Shown piece after piece: positions 38,213-49,887 of a stretch of DNA of 64,000 nucleotides. The notes below the pieces were generated by a model. It did not search any database. It saw nothing but the letters and a program-made list of their open reading frames with translations, and was not told where the DNA came from. Where the stretch lies: assembly GCA_963665235.2 (NCBI GenBank), contig CAXXLX010000001.1:320001-384000 (forward strand). The letters run 5' to 3'. Every line of letters begins with the position of its first letter. The first letter of the stretch is position 1. The stretch comes from Candidatus Poribacteria bacterium (GTDB lineage: Bacteria; Poribacteria; WGA-4E; WGA-3G). The translations under genes were made by a program, and so were the position numbers.

Positions 38213-39673
38213 ATGAAACCGTGTTATCCGTATATGCTGATTTTGCTGTTGGCGATATTTCTCATCGCTGGATGTACAGTGATGCCAACGGGGTATAAAG
38301 CACTCTCTGAACAGCATCACGCGTATGCAAGCGGTGAAACGCGCGCAACGCTTGCAGACTGGCGGACGCTGATTTCAGACTATGAAGCTATCCTTGATAT
38401 GGACGCACAAGGAGAATTAGCAGATGATGCACAATATGCTGTCGCTTCCTGCTGGATATGGTGCGTCAAGGTGGGAGACCCAGAAGCTGTACATCACGCG
38501 ATTGAAGCGTTCCAAAAACTGATTCGCACCTATCCCGACTCGCCTTACGTCCCACAAGCCCATTATTGGCTCGGACGTTCCTATTCGCACCTCGGCGATT
38601 CGACGCGCGCCGTCCAAAATTATCAGGTCGTCACAAACCGATACGCGGATGCCGATATCGCGGAAGAGACACAACTACAACTCGGACGCATCTACGCGCA
38701 ACAAGGCTACGTTACACGCGCAGAAACACTCTACGTTGACATCGTCGAATCCACAGCAAATCAGGAAATTGCTGATGCCGCATCAGCAGCATTGCAAGCA
38801 CTCAAGACGACACAACACAACCCAGCGGCACCGCCTGCTCAAACCGCTTCCCCTCCACAAATTATTGGGGAACAACAGCAGGTCACACCAAAGCAAACGG
38901 AAAAACCGACACAAAAGGTAGAAACCAAACCCCAAGGGACCGAGAAAAAAGCCTTAATTCCTGAATCGCTTACCCGAGAGTTTGGACTCACAGCAAGAAC
39001 GATTGTTATTGACGCAGGACACGGCGGAAAAGACCCAGGCGGCTCAGGCGCAGGCGACTTTATAGAAAAACCTATCGCCCTCAGCATCTCAAAAAAATTA
39101 CGGGACATCCTTACAACCAAAGGATACACCGCACTCCTAACGCGCGAAACCGACCGGTTCATTCCGCTAAAGGAACGCACACAATTCGCCATAGAAAACA
39201 AGGCAGACCTATTTTTGAGCATTCATGCAAATGCAAGCAAAAGTCCGAAAGTGAACGGAATTGAAACCTATTATCTAGATATAGACAGCACCGACGGAGA
39301 CGCTGAAAGTATCGCAGCACGAGAAAATGCAAACTCCGGCTATAGCCTCCAAGAACTAGAAACCCTCCTCAAAGGATTGATACAAGAAAGTAAAAGTGAG
39401 GACAGCTACCGATTGGCAAAAGAGGTACAACGTGAATTGATAACCGCAACAGGCGCAGTGGACCGCGGCGTTAAACATGCACGTTTTGTCGTGCTTATCG
39501 GAACGAATGTCCCAGCTATCCTAATTGAAACCGGATTTCTATCGAACCCGACAGAAGCGGGAAAACTGACAGACCCCGCATATCAACAGAAATTAGCCGC
39601 CGCGATTGCCCAAGGCATCGAAAAATTTTTAGAGAAAATAGCCGGGAGCCGCCTCGCTGAAGGGAAACAGTGA
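38213..39673 (+). CDS. Lipoprotein: TPR (BamD/CpoB-like) + N-acetylmuramoyl-L-alanine amidase (Amidase_3)
   Basis: Lipobox IAGC; TPRs; IDAGHGGKDPG, EK, SIHAN, LIETGFLSN. Confidence 0.9.
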   Translation: MKPCYPYMLILLLAIFLIAGCTVMPTGYKALSEQHHAYASGETRATLADWRTLISDYEAILDMDAQGELADDAQYAVASCWIWCVKVGDPEAVHHAIEAFQKLIRTYPDSPYVPQAHYWLGRSYSHLGDSTRAVQNYQVVTNRYADADIAEETQLQLGRIYAQQGYVTRAETLYVDIVESTANQEIADAASAALQALKTTQHNPAAPPAQTASPPQIIGEQQQVTPKQTEKPTQKVETKPQGTEKKALIPESLTREFGLTARTIVIDAGHGGKDPGGSGAGDFIEKPIALSISKKLRDILTTKGYTALLTRETDRFIPLKERTQFAIENKADLFLSIHANASKSPKVNGIETYYLDIDSTDGDAESIAARENANSGYSLQELETLLKGLIQESKSEDSYRLAKEVQRELITATGAVDRGVKHARFVVLIGTNVPAILIETGFLSNPTEAGKLTDPAYQQKLAAAIAQGIEKFLEKIAGSRLAEGKQ

Positions 39674-41670
39674 TGTTTTTCGATTATCTCAAAACCGTTT
39701 CCGTACCTAGGATAGCACTTCTTCTGTTTATTCTCTTAGCGTGTAGCGGGGAATTCACGAGTGCTGACACACAACAGGCTGATATCGGTATCCTCTTACC
39801 TTCCGTGTCCACCGCTGATACAACACAGGCTGATAGCGACTATGCCCATTCTGTCAGCAAACGACTTATCCGTATGCTGAATAGCATCGGCTTCTCTGCC
39901 GACCTAATAGCGGAAACATTGCCGACTAACGTCGATACCTATCGACTGATAATTCTCCCGTTGAATCCGGAGGTTTCAACTGAAACCGCGGAATTCCTGA
40001 AAAATTTCGTTGCACACGGCGGTAAACTTTTGGTAAAATATGGACTAGCAGACGAGGTCGCACCGCTGCTCAATTTACGCAGAACCAATTGGATACGTGA
40101 GGAGGAACCGGGGCAGTTCGCTAGCATTCAACTTGACACCTCTGAAATACCGGGCATGCCAGAATCTGTCAAACAAGCATCCTGGAACATTACAGTGGCA
40201 GAACCGACAACCTCTGACACGAACGTTATCGGACAGTGGCACACTGCCACGGGAAAACCGTCCGGGTTTCCCGCACTTTTTATAGGCAAAACAGGGGCAT
40301 TCTTTAGTCACGTCTTTCTTCCTGACGATATTCAAACAAAGATACAACTCCTCGCCGCACTGCTCGGACACCTGGTCCCTGAATTCCAGACCGCCATTGC
40401 AAAGCGAGAAGTGGAAAGTATAACTGCTGTTGGACATATTAAGACGCTTGACACCCTGACAAGATTTGTCCGATACAGCGGCGTTCCAGAGGCAAAACGC
40501 GCATTACAAACAGCACAAACTTTGATGAATCAAGCACGCGCGGAATATGCCAGCAAAACGTATCAGGCAGCGATAACCACAGCACGAAAAAGTCGAGAAG
40601 CACTCTCAAAAGCTTACTTCTTGTCACAACCAAGCACTGCAATAGAGGGGCGCGCCGTGTGGAACCATTCAGGACTCGGCGCATACCCCGGCGATTGGGA
40701 ACGTTCCGCCAAAGAACTCGCCGCAGCAGGTGTAAACATGATTCTCCCCAATATCGCATGGGGTGGGGTCGCACATTACTCTAGCGATGTGTTACCGCAG
40801 AGTGAAACCTTCAAACAATACGGAGACCAACTGCAACAGTGCGTCCAAGCAGCACGTCAACACGGTATTGAAGTGCACGTATGGAAAATTACATGGAACC
40901 TCGAAGGGGCACCAAAAACGTTCGTAGAAAAACTACGCGATACCGCACGGACACAGGTGACAGCAGCAGGTGAACCGCTTAACTGGCTCTGTCCATCACA
41001 TCCAGAAAACGTGCAATTGGAATTAACGTGTGTCGTAGAAATTGTAGAAAATTACGATGTTGATGGCATCCATCTCGATTATATCCGTTATCCGAACCGC
41101 AATGCCTGTTATTGTCAAGAGTGTCGTAAAAGATTCTTGCTCACAACGAGACAACACGTTGACGCGTGGCCAGCAGATGTCCTGCCGGATACAGGGGAGT
41201 ATGGCAGCGAGTATACAACCTGGCGAGCACAGCAGATAACACGGCTGGTCCGCTTAATCGGTAAACGCGCACGTGAGATAAAACCGAATATCAAAATTTC
41301 TGCTGCGGTCTTTGGCGAATATCCATCCTGTGCTAGCTCCATTGGGCAGGATTGGATTGCATGGGCAAAAGCAGGTTATGTGGATTTCGTCTGTCCGATG
41401 AACTATACAGAGGATAACCGTTATTTTACGGATTTGTTACAAAAACAGCTCGCCTTGATGCCCAAGGACGTTGCAATTTACCCCGGCATTGGGGCTACCG
41501 CCTCTAATTCAATACTTACACCGGATGCGGTAGTCGGACAGATTTACCTCTCACGTCATTTGGGGGCATCCGGGTGGACAATTTTTGACTATTCAGCCGA
41601 CATCTCCAAAACCGTCCTCCCAGCAATTGCGATGGGGGTCGGCAAACGTAAAGCACAACCGGCACATTGA
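39670..41670 (+). CDS. Glycosyl hydrolase-like 10 (GHL10/DUF187) protein
   Basis: EGRAVW, GIEVHVW, WLCPSHP, YDVDGIHLDYIRY, GQDW, PMNY. Confidence 0.88.
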   Translation: MMFFDYLKTVSVPRIALLLFILLACSGEFTSADTQQADIGILLPSVSTADTTQADSDYAHSVSKRLIRMLNSIGFSADLIAETLPTNVDTYRLIILPLNPEVSTETAEFLKNFVAHGGKLLVKYGLADEVAPLLNLRRTNWIREEEPGQFASIQLDTSEIPGMPESVKQASWNITVAEPTTSDTNVIGQWHTATGKPSGFPALFIGKTGAFFSHVFLPDDIQTKIQLLAALLGHLVPEFQTAIAKREVESITAVGHIKTLDTLTRFVRYSGVPEAKRALQTAQTLMNQARAEYASKTYQAAITTARKSREALSKAYFLSQPSTAIEGRAVWNHSGLGAYPGDWERSAKELAAAGVNMILPNIAWGGVAHYSSDVLPQSETFKQYGDQLQQCVQAARQHGIEVHVWKITWNLEGAPKTFVEKLRDTARTQVTAAGEPLNWLCPSHPENVQLELTCVVEIVENYDVDGIHLDYIRYPNRNACYCQECRKRFLLTTRQHVDAWPADVLPDTGEYGSEYTTWRAQQITRLVRLIGKRAREIKPNIKISAAVFGEYPSCASSIGQDWIAWAKAGYVDFVCPMNYTEDNRYFTDLLQKQLALMPKDVAIYPGIGATASNSILTPDAVVGQIYLSRHLGASGWTIFDYSADISKTVLPAIAMGVGKRKAQPAH

Positions 41671-41782
41671 TGTTGGCTTATGGCTGTTGGCTGTTGGCTA
41701 TTGGCAAGATGCTCTGATTATAACACGCGGTTTGACGCGCGTTAGAGGGTTCAAAAAACCTCTCTTGCTAATTGCTAATTGC

Positions 41783-41933
41783 ACGCGAGTTTGAAAAAAG
41801 TTTTGACCTAGAGCGTTCTCTGGTAGTTTTAGCAAAAAACAGCACAAACTAGGAAGTTTATGCTACAATTACACCGCTTTTTTCGCGATGAAAAAGGTTT
41901 AGAGCAAACGGATATTTATTATCAAGCTCACGT
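41783..41933 (+). mobile_element. 151-bp MITE, copy 2
   Basis: Same IRs as 13097-13247; 7-bp TSD TAATTGC. Confidence 0.9.
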
Positions 41934-42022
41934 TAATTGCCAATTGCTAATCGCCAGTGAGCTAATTGCCAATCGCCAATTAAACCGTCTGCCGACAACA
42001 TCGGCAGGCAAGCGGAGGTACA

Positions 42023-43483
42023 ATGACTCAAAAACCGAATATTCTCTTTCTCATGAGCGATGAACACAGTCCACACGCTATCGGGTGTGAAGGCAACCGT
42101 ATTGTGCAAACGCCGAATCTCAACCGGCTTGCCGAATCGGGCAGCTATTTTGAGAGTGCGTACTGCCAAGTACCCCTTTGCACACCCTCCCGAATGTGTA
42201 TGCTGACCGGAAAACACGCGCATCGCTGCTCAGCATGGACAAACGGGTCCATCCTGTTTCCGGAACATCTCACGATGCCTGAACACTTCGCACAACACGG
42301 ATACGCAACGGCACTCGTCGGCAAAATGCACTTCGGCGGAAAAGAACAGAATAACGGTTTTCAATCTCGGCCGTACGGCGACATCCGCGGCTATGCGGGC
42401 CATCAAACCGACCCGCTGCACGGTCCCCCCGGTGTCCGTGAACGCACACGGCAGGCAGGCATAACTGAAATTCCATCAAGCCTTTTACAAGAACGGGTCA
42501 TCAACGCTGAAACGCTTGAATATCTAAGGGCACAACCGACAGACCAGCCGTGGTTTCTGCTCGCAAGTTATAGCCGCCCGCATTTTCCGCTCACCGCACC
42601 GAAACGACTCTTCGACAAATACTGGCCCGATAATGTGGATATGCCCGACATTCCGCCAGGGCACCTAGAACAAACGCACCGATTCGCAAAGGGGCTCCGA
42701 GAGAACTTCAAGACAGCGAACATCCCCACTGAAGAAACGCGCAAAGCACGCGCCGCTTACTACGCCTGCTGTGAACTCCTTGACGAGTGTATCGGCGATT
42801 TACTCACACTTCTCGAACGGGACGGTTTTTTAGATAACACAATTATCGTCTATACAACCGACCACGGCGAAATGGCAGGTGAACACGGACAGTGGTGGAA
42901 ATCCAGTTATTATGAAGCCGCCGCACGGGTTCCGCTGATTGTGGCGGATAGACGCACCGAACATGCACACCGAAACACGCGCGTCAAATCCCCCGTTGAA
43001 TTGAACGACCTATTTCCAACGTTATGTGCAAAGGCGGGTATCCCTATCCCCGACGACCTAGATGGCGATGACATGACCCAACTTATGTCCAGCAATACCG
43101 AAGGTTGGCGCGACACCGCAATTACTGAATACTGGGCACAGCAAACTACAGGTCCTATGCGTATGCTGAGAACACCACGTTATAAATACGTAGCCTTTCC
43201 GGAGGATGACTCCATCCTGTTCGATTTAGAGAATGACCCGGGGGAATTTGAAAACCTCATAGGAAATCCTGAACATGGTCAAACAGCGGCATCGCTACAT
43301 GAGAAACTCATGGCAGACTTCTCATGGGAGACTGTGGCACAACAGATGACAGTAGATAAGGCGCGCAGCCAAGATTTCAAAGAACCGTGGGGCAGAGGCA
43401 CGCCAAATCAGTACACGTTACCGGATGGCCGCGTCGTTGACGCTGAAACCTGTCTCTATCGGCCAAGCCTCCGGGACGAATAA
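42023..43483 (+). CDS. Sulfatase (choline-sulfatase-like, canonical Cys-type)
   Basis: PNILFLMSDEH, LCTPSRMCMLTG, GKMHF, PHFP, TDHGEM. Confidence 0.92.
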   Translation: MTQKPNILFLMSDEHSPHAIGCEGNRIVQTPNLNRLAESGSYFESAYCQVPLCTPSRMCMLTGKHAHRCSAWTNGSILFPEHLTMPEHFAQHGYATALVGKMHFGGKEQNNGFQSRPYGDIRGYAGHQTDPLHGPPGVRERTRQAGITEIPSSLLQERVINAETLEYLRAQPTDQPWFLLASYSRPHFPLTAPKRLFDKYWPDNVDMPDIPPGHLEQTHRFAKGLRENFKTANIPTEETRKARAAYYACCELLDECIGDLLTLLERDGFLDNTIIVYTTDHGEMAGEHGQWWKSSYYEAAARVPLIVADRRTEHAHRNTRVKSPVELNDLFPTLCAKAGIPIPDDLDGDDMTQLMSSNTEGWRDTAITEYWAQQTTGPMRMLRTPRYKYVAFPEDDSILFDLENDPGEFENLIGNPEHGQTAASLHEKLMADFSWETVAQQMTVDKARSQDFKEPWGRGTPNQYTLPDGRVVDAETCLYRPSLRDE

Positions 43484-43519
43484 ATGTCTTGCACCGATAT
43501 TTAATATGGAATTTACAGA

Positions 43520-45502
43520 ATGCCTGGCAACCCCAAAATTCGAATGTCTGCCATCGTTGTAGGAGTGCTTCTGGTCGGGGGGATGTGTGCAATCACCCCC
43601 TACAACAACTATTTTTTGCAGAACACCAATATTGCCGGTAATCACCTTCCTGTCGGTTCCATCTTCGGGTTGCTTTTCTTGGTATTCTTTATCAATATCC
43701 CGCTGCGCAAGTTTACGCAGAGTCGCCGCTTCGCGTTCTCTGCCCCTGAATTGACAGTCATCTGGATGATGCTGATTGTTGGAGTCGGCATTCCCTCTAT
43801 GGGATTGCTACAGTTTCTGCTTCCATCACTGGTCGCGCTGCGTTATTTTGCAACCCCCGAAAACGATTGGGTTGAGACGCTCCACCCACACATCCCGGAC
43901 TGGTTGATTGTCTCCGATACACGCGCTGTAACAGATTTCTATGAAGGTATATCCGCAGGCGAAACCGTTCCATGGCTGTTTTGGATAAAACCGCTCCTCA
44001 TCTGGGGACTTTTCGTCCTCGTCTTCTATTTCACAACGCTCTGCCTGTCCGTAATCCTCCGAAAGCAGTGGATAGAACGCGAACGTTTCTCCTTTCCTTT
44101 AGTTCAGATTCCGGTACAATTAGCAGCAGCCCCGGCACACGGCACGTTGCTCAACCCCTTTTTTAAGAACAGACTTTTGTGGGCAGGCATGGCGTTACCG
44201 GTCGTCTTGCACCTTATCAACGGGCTGCACGCGCATTTTCCGACGGTACCCGAAATTCCGCTCGTCTACCATATCCACCGCGCCTTCACTGAAAAGCCGT
44301 GGTATACGCTCGGGTGGTGGCCCGCGATGCGTTTCGTCATCTATTTTTCGGTCATCGGCATAGCCGCACTGCTAACGCTTGAGGTGTCGTTCAGTCTTTG
44401 GTTTTTCTTCCTCTTTTTCAAGCTTCAATACATTCTCATGAATGCAATGGGACTCGGAATCAGTCCCTGGGTGAGCTGTAGTCGGCAGGTTATGGGGGGT
44501 TATCTTATCTTTGTTCCCGCTGTTTTCTGGGTCGGACGGGAACACATCGCGACGCTTTTCAGGAAAACGTTCTCCCCGCACAGGCGTGGGACCATCGGCA
44601 GCCAACCTGAACACACTGTCGGGGCAAACGGAATAGACGATACAAATGAACCGCTTCCGTATCGGGTCGCGCTGCTTGGGTTTCTGCTCGGTTTCGTTAC
44701 GCTCACAGTGTTCCTCGGACTTGCTGGCATAACGACCTGGGTTGCTATCCTCACGTTGCTCTCTATTTTTATCACATCCATTGTGTTGTCGTGGATGGTC
44801 GTAAACGGCGGGTTGCTGCTTGTGCAGGCACCATTTTTCCCATCAGAATACCTCAACATTACATTGGGCTCGGCTGCATTAGGGCAGAAAAGTCTCGCAA
44901 TTCTCAGCTTCCAACGTACGTTCTTCCGAGATTGGGGGGAATTCATGATGCCGAACTTTCTTCACAGTTTCAAGGCAGCCGATGAAGTTAGACTCGTCCG
45001 CAGACGAATTGCCCCAATAGTCGGCATTGCTATCGCCGTTGCTCTCATCGTCTCCGTTTACGCCTCGTTGACACTTATCTATAAGAAGGGTGCGTTGTTT
45101 TTACACGATTGGTCCTTTGTCGCTGCCCCACGCAACTATTTCCAACGGATGAGCCGTCTTATCCAATTTCCGGAGGAGACGAAGTGGGATGAGGTCTACA
45201 GCATGATTGCAGGCGCAGGTTTCACCGCTTTCCTGCTCTGGATGCGTCAACACTTTGTCTGGTGGGGACTACATCCGATTGGGTATTTGCTAGGTGCCAC
45301 CTATCCCCCATTTCATCTCTGGTCCTCTATTCTTGTCGGGTGGTTCATAAAGTACTGCGCGCTGAAGTTCGGCGGCCCTGCGACGTATCGGAAAATTCGC
45401 CCTATCGCCTTCGGTTTAATCTTCGGTGAATATGTGATGGTAGGATTGTGGATGATAGTCGGATTTTTTACGGGAATAGGATATTTTGCACTGCCATCGT
45501 AA
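43520..45502 (+). CDS. Polytopic membrane protein, putative OPT-like transporter (DUF6785/DUF6784-like)
   Basis: Many TM helices; RKQWIERERFSFPL, WWGLHPIGY motifs. Confidence 0.7.
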   Translation: MPGNPKIRMSAIVVGVLLVGGMCAITPYNNYFLQNTNIAGNHLPVGSIFGLLFLVFFINIPLRKFTQSRRFAFSAPELTVIWMMLIVGVGIPSMGLLQFLLPSLVALRYFATPENDWVETLHPHIPDWLIVSDTRAVTDFYEGISAGETVPWLFWIKPLLIWGLFVLVFYFTTLCLSVILRKQWIERERFSFPLVQIPVQLAAAPAHGTLLNPFFKNRLLWAGMALPVVLHLINGLHAHFPTVPEIPLVYHIHRAFTEKPWYTLGWWPAMRFVIYFSVIGIAALLTLEVSFSLWFFFLFFKLQYILMNAMGLGISPWVSCSRQVMGGYLIFVPAVFWVGREHIATLFRKTFSPHRRGTIGSQPEHTVGANGIDDTNEPLPYRVALLGFLLGFVTLTVFLGLAGITTWVAILTLLSIFITSIVLSWMVVNGGLLLVQAPFFPSEYLNITLGSAALGQKSLAILSFQRTFFRDWGEFMMPNFLHSFKAADEVRLVRRRIAPIVGIAIAVALIVSVYASLTLIYKKGALFLHDWSFVAAPRNYFQRMSRLIQFPEETKWDEVYSMIAGAGFTAFLLWMRQHFVWWGLHPIGYLLGATYPPFHLWSSILVGWFIKYCALKFGGPATYRKIRPIAFGLIFGEYVMVGLWMIVGFFTGIGYFALPS

Positions 45503-45580
45503 TTTAGCAATTGGCAATTAGCAATTAGCAATTAGCAAGAGGTTGTGATTCTAATACCATTTCTAATTGAAAATGTCTCT

Positions 45581-45700
45581 TTCTTGTAGCATAAACTTCC
45601 AGTTTGTGCGTTCTTGTAGCATAAACTTCCAGTTTGGGTGTTCTTGTAGCATAAACTTCCAGTTTGTGCGTTCTTGTAGCATAAACTTCCAGTTTGGGTC
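45581..45700. repeat. 30-bp tandem repeat x4 (ABAB pattern)
   Basis: TTCTTGTAGCATAAACTTCCAGTTTG(TGCG/GGTG). Confidence 0.95.
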
Positions 45701-45894
45701 TTCCGTTCTCCGTTTCATTTCTAACAACCGGTAATGATAGAATAATTATTGGCAAATTGGCAATTAGCAATTAGCGATTGGCAATTGGCAAGAGGTTTGT
45801 GATTCTAAGAAGAAGTCTGAAGCGCGTCAGAGGTTTCTTCTCTTTGTTTCTTTCTCTTGCTAACGGTTTCCAACAGCCAACATGCTGCTAACAT

Positions 45895-46932
45895 CTATTC
45901 ACCAAAATCCAGCTGTGGAACTGTTAGCGTCCCCGCCAAGATTTGCTGTCTTGCCGCCTCAACTTTTTGTTGCACAGCTTCAGGCACTCTATCTTTCAAG
46001 GCTGGATTATACGTAAACGTTATCGCGCCATCGGTTAGCATTGTGAAAACATAGAGTTTGGACACAAATGTTCCGGCGCGGACAGCACTTGCCAGCTGTA
46101 GATAGGCTTGCGGTGTAATCGCCGCATTTGCAAGCACGGCTCTAGGCGAGACATGGCTCTGGTCGCGATTTGCCCCGAAGGCGTAAACAGTTTTACCCGC
46201 ATCCTGCGCCATCTCTACAGCTTCAAACACGCCAAGCCCAGCTTCATTTGCGTTATGAAAAATGAAATCAACGCCTTCCTGTATCTGTGCAAGCGCAAGT
46301 TCCCGCGCCTTATTAATGCTCTCCCAATCCCCGACATACACCCGTTGGACAGTTGCATCAGCGTTGACACTCTTCACACCGCCTTCAAACGCCATAAACG
46401 TGCTTCTGCCGGAGGGAAGCTCCTGTCCCCCCACGATACCGATTTTATCCGTTTCGGTCATCAGACCGGCTACCATTCCTAAAAGATATGTAGCCTGTTC
46501 AAGCCGAAAGACAATTGGTGAGACGTTTTCGCGAATCGCGCCACTTGCCCCCGCAGAGGTAATAAAGACGATTTCCGGATAATCCTGGGCAACCGCTATC
46601 GCTGCCTCCTGATACTCATACCCATGCCCGAAGATGAGATGATACCCCGCCATCGCATAGGCGCGAAAATCTGCTTCCCAGTCAGCCGGGGTCAGACTTT
46701 CAACGTAGTCTATTTCAGCACCAAGTTCCGTTCCAATTGCTTTTAAACCGTCATAAGCCAAGGCGTTCCATCCCTCATCGCTAATAGAACCGGGGAGGAG
46801 CATACCCACTTTAAACGTTTCCGCTTCTGGCGCGTAGATATTTTTCCCACCATCCTGAATTCTCTCACAACCGAGCATGAATCCGATTGACAAAAGACAT
46901 ACTAGCAATATCAAATAATTTCGTTGTTTCAA
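45895..46932 (-). CDS. BMP-family ABC transporter substrate-binding lipoprotein
   Basis: Lipobox MLGC; DEGWNALAYDGL, LIFGHG, YLLGMVAG, GANRDQ. Confidence 0.9.
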   Translation of the reverse strand: MKQRNYLILLVCLLSIGFMLGCERIQDGGKNIYAPEAETFKVGMLLPGSISDEGWNALAYDGLKAIGTELGAEIDYVESLTPADWEADFRAYAMAGYHLIFGHGYEYQEAAIAVAQDYPEIVFITSAGASGAIRENVSPIVFRLEQATYLLGMVAGLMTETDKIGIVGGQELPSGRSTFMAFEGGVKSVNADATVQRVYVGDWESINKARELALAQIQEGVDFIFHNANEAGLGVFEAVEMAQDAGKTVYAFGANRDQSHVSPRAVLANAAITPQAYLQLASAVRAGTFVSKLYVFTMLTDGAITFTYNPALKDRVPEAVQQKVEAARQQILAGTLTVPQLDFGE

Positions 46933-47263
46933 CTTAGAGGTCTCCTTTGAATGTGAAAGGCACGTTATTCTGTTCCAGTCTATATCGTTTATGCAAAAAG
47001 AATAAGTTCTAACATGATACATTATCCGTATAACTACCCACGCAAACTAGGAAGCAATTCACCACGATTGGTTCCTCCGCCCCGTATCGAAACGCGAAAA
47101 TTCGGGGAACAAGGAGGCAGCATCGCGTTCGATGGAATAGCGGAAATAACGTCCAATAACGAATTTGCCCTTTTCGCGCCCGGCGAAAAGGGTGAATTTT
47201 ATATGATAACCAATGTGAAAAAATAGGCAGAGACCGAATCAGGATACCCGCTACATCGGATTA

Positions 47264-48196
47264 TTATTGTTTGAGTTTTGCCCAGAGAGTGGTCAATTTG
47301 TCTTTGGATTCAACAGAGTAACTTCCACTGTTTGTCCAATCAAACGACACACCGCTTTTAAACTGTTCAAAAATTTCTACATGGGCACCACCGTTCACGG
47401 GTGCTGCAAAATTGTTTTTAGTTGTAGCGTAAACGATGTACTTTCCATCAGGTGACCATTTGAGACCTCCAAAACCCACGCGATTTGTAAGTGTTATAAT
47501 TTTCTTCTGACCGGGCGGAATCCCAAGTGGGATAACGTGAATATTTTGCAGCATTACGAATGCCAGTTTTTTACCATCTGGTGAGAAAATCGGGTACCAT
47601 CCGAACTCGCTGACACGTGTAATCTTCCGAGTCGCAATATCAAGAGTAAAAACACCGTGACGAGTGCTGTAGGCAATCTGATCTCCAGTTGGTGCCCAGA
47701 CAAGTTCCCGTGCTTCAATTTCTGTTAACCGTTTTGCATTTGGCACTTGATTCTTTATCTCATTATTTGGAATGAAAAAGATGCCTGTCTTCGGAAGTGG
47801 ATTTTCGCCAATCGGGACGTTTGTAAAGACAATATCTCCATTTATTGAGATGTCAAGATCCCACACCTCTTCAAATCTTCTCTGTGTTAGGTTGCGCGCT
47901 TTTTCGTCAGGTTGATTTCTATCAATAAGGTAAACGTCAGTTTCAAGAATCTCTCCCATATCGTGTCCGGCCAAAAAGATAATATAAGGGCCATCTTTTT
48001 GGACAGCGAACTCCCACATCCCATTGGCGTGTTTAAAAATCAGGTGTGTGTTATGTGTGGCCCACATATCGGTTAACCATAATTCGCTGCGGTTATTTGG
48101 ATGTTTAAATATGATTTGATCGGTGGGTTTTGCCAACGTTGTGAGTGGTAGTAGACAAAGTAGAGAGAAACAAAGAGATTTGAGAAAGTATTTCAT
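47264..48196 (-). CDS. Secreted TolB-like propeller with C-terminal KLxxxWxxLK tail
   Basis: Signal peptide, WAPTG/FSPDG/WSPDG, tail SVESKDKLTTLWAKLK. Confidence 0.85.
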   Translation of the reverse strand: MKYFLKSLCFSLLCLLPLTTLAKPTDQIIFKHPNNRSELWLTDMWATHNTHLIFKHANGMWEFAVQKDGPYIIFLAGHDMGEILETDVYLIDRNQPDEKARNLTQRRFEEVWDLDISINGDIVFTNVPIGENPLPKTGIFFIPNNEIKNQVPNAKRLTEIEARELVWAPTGDQIAYSTRHGVFTLDIATRKITRVSEFGWYPIFSPDGKKLAFVMLQNIHVIPLGIPPGQKKIITLTNRVGFGGLKWSPDGKYIVYATTKNNFAAPVNGGAHVEIFEQFKSGVSFDWTNSGSYSVESKDKLTTLWAKLKQ

Positions 48197-48204
48197 GAGA
48201 GCTC

Positions 48205-48680
48205 CTATTGTGTTACAGGTGTTTTCGTGTAGGGTTTTATCTCCAGTGGGAACTCGCCTAAGTCAATAGTGTTGGATAAAATGTCAGAGGGTTTCGGTAC
48301 GGGATAGGGCGGTTTGCCAAAGTTATAATGAACTTTTATCTGTGTCTTTCCAATTCGCTTGAGGTATTCGAGCTCCTCGTTGAGTTCATCAAGTTGTGTT
48401 TGCCCCTTTTGGATCAGGTCCGGGAGTGCCTCAAGCCGTTCCTTCTCAGCATCCGTTAGCGGGCGTGGGTTTGGGTTTGTCCAAACCCCTGTCGCGCGAT
48501 AGGAAAGGTCTGGATTGATATGCCAGACCTTTCCACCTACTGTTACCACCGCGGTTAACGTGTTTTTTTCGTCTTCGGGGGTGGTGAATGAGAAGAACTC
48601 CCTTCGGGACGACATCCAGTCCACGCGAAAAGAACTCCGTATAAGATGAGAAGGTGAACAGTGATATAGATATAACGCAT
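48205..48680 (-). pseudogene. Frameshifted hypothetical lipoprotein
   Basis: ATG at 48680 gives MRYIYITVHLLILYGVLFAWTGC in a different frame from the 48205-48624 body. Confidence 0.5.
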
Positions 48681-49260
48681 TAGAGAACAGCCTTTGCTAT
48701 ATACCGGACTTGTATGCGGTGTCTTAGCTTAGGGACGCGCAGTGATGCGGCTCCCTGCAATTTTCCCCACATGTTCTTGTCCCCAAGTTGATAGGTGCGT
48801 GTATCGTAAATCTGTATACCCAATTTATCTGCGCCTTTTCCAACATCTACCTCACCGGGGCCGTCCGGATGGGGAATTATTCGTTCTCTGGGAAACTTAA
48901 TCCAAGCATTCGCTTTCGCTGCCACGTCTCTCTCGCTCGCGTAAAGATGAGAATATGAATAACTAAAAAGGGTGACTGACTGATCTGCGTTGATCCAAGC
49001 AGTCACTCCTAGCCGTTTATCCGCCAATAAGACGATCGCCATTCTTCCTCATCCTTACCCAGCAAACCCCATAAGCCTGGGCCTGTTAGGTCTACACTCA
49101 TTTATGTGAATATCCATTCTGAGTCAGATTCCAACCGTCATTCCGAAAGCCGCTATCAGTAAAATCTACTACAATGTCTATAGCGTTTACAATGAAGGTA
49201 ACGCCAAGAACAGATCACGCCTATCAGCAGCAAAGCTGCGAGTCCTCTTTTGGATTTCAT
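48680..49260 (-). pseudogene. Disrupted secreted hypothetical protein
   Basis: Signal-like MKSKRGLAALLLIGVICS starts at 49260 but is not continuous with the 48680-49042 ORF. Confidence 0.45.
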
Positions 49261-49293
49261 AAATTGCATTGAAAACGGTCCTTTATCGGCCCA

Positions 49294-49419
49294 TTACCAT
49301 AACTCGCCGTTACTCGAATAATGTCCGCAAAACCTACATACCGCATAGGAAGGAGAACAATAGAGGTGGGCAGTGCACACCATAAGCGTCAAAAGTGTCA
49401 AAACAAAAAAGCGTTTCAT
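49294..49419 (-). pseudogene. Short or truncated secreted Cys-containing peptide
   Basis: RBS AGGAGG, MKRFFVLTLLTLMVCTAHLYC...AVCRFCGH, 41 aa. Confidence 0.4.
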
Positions 49420-49887
49420 GATTATCTTTCCTCCTTTTTTAAGGACATAAACGCTATCCATATTATAAAGTTTACTATAAAAACATCGTAAAAACAGAGT
49501 CAACAATTAAAAAGACACACCGATTACAACAGAATTCGGGGCAATGTCCCGCTCCTTGTAGACCTTCCGGTATCCGGCGAGCTGCTTCCGTTGCAATAGT
49601 TTACCACTATTCATAACCGCTTTTGGATTAAAAATCCATAAAAAGGGGTTAGGTTTGTAAAAGGAGAAACGCTCATTTGTGTTTGCTATTCCTGCCATAG
49701 CTATGCGCCCTGTTTCCACTTCTCCGAGTGCTGCTGCGTATTGCGCTGGCACCGAAGTGGATATAGTCATGGGACCCACAAGGCAGGGTGTGTCGTGAAC
49801 AGCACTTTCACAAATGATAACATGCTCCTTGTAAAAAAATGTCAATAAATTAAATTGCCTTGCTGCTTAAAACAACTCGGCAGCTAT

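Noticed and set aside
45581-45700. Possible CRISPR array (30-bp repeats)
   Set aside because: Units are contiguous with no unique spacers and no cas genes are present; it is a simple tandem of a REP-like motif
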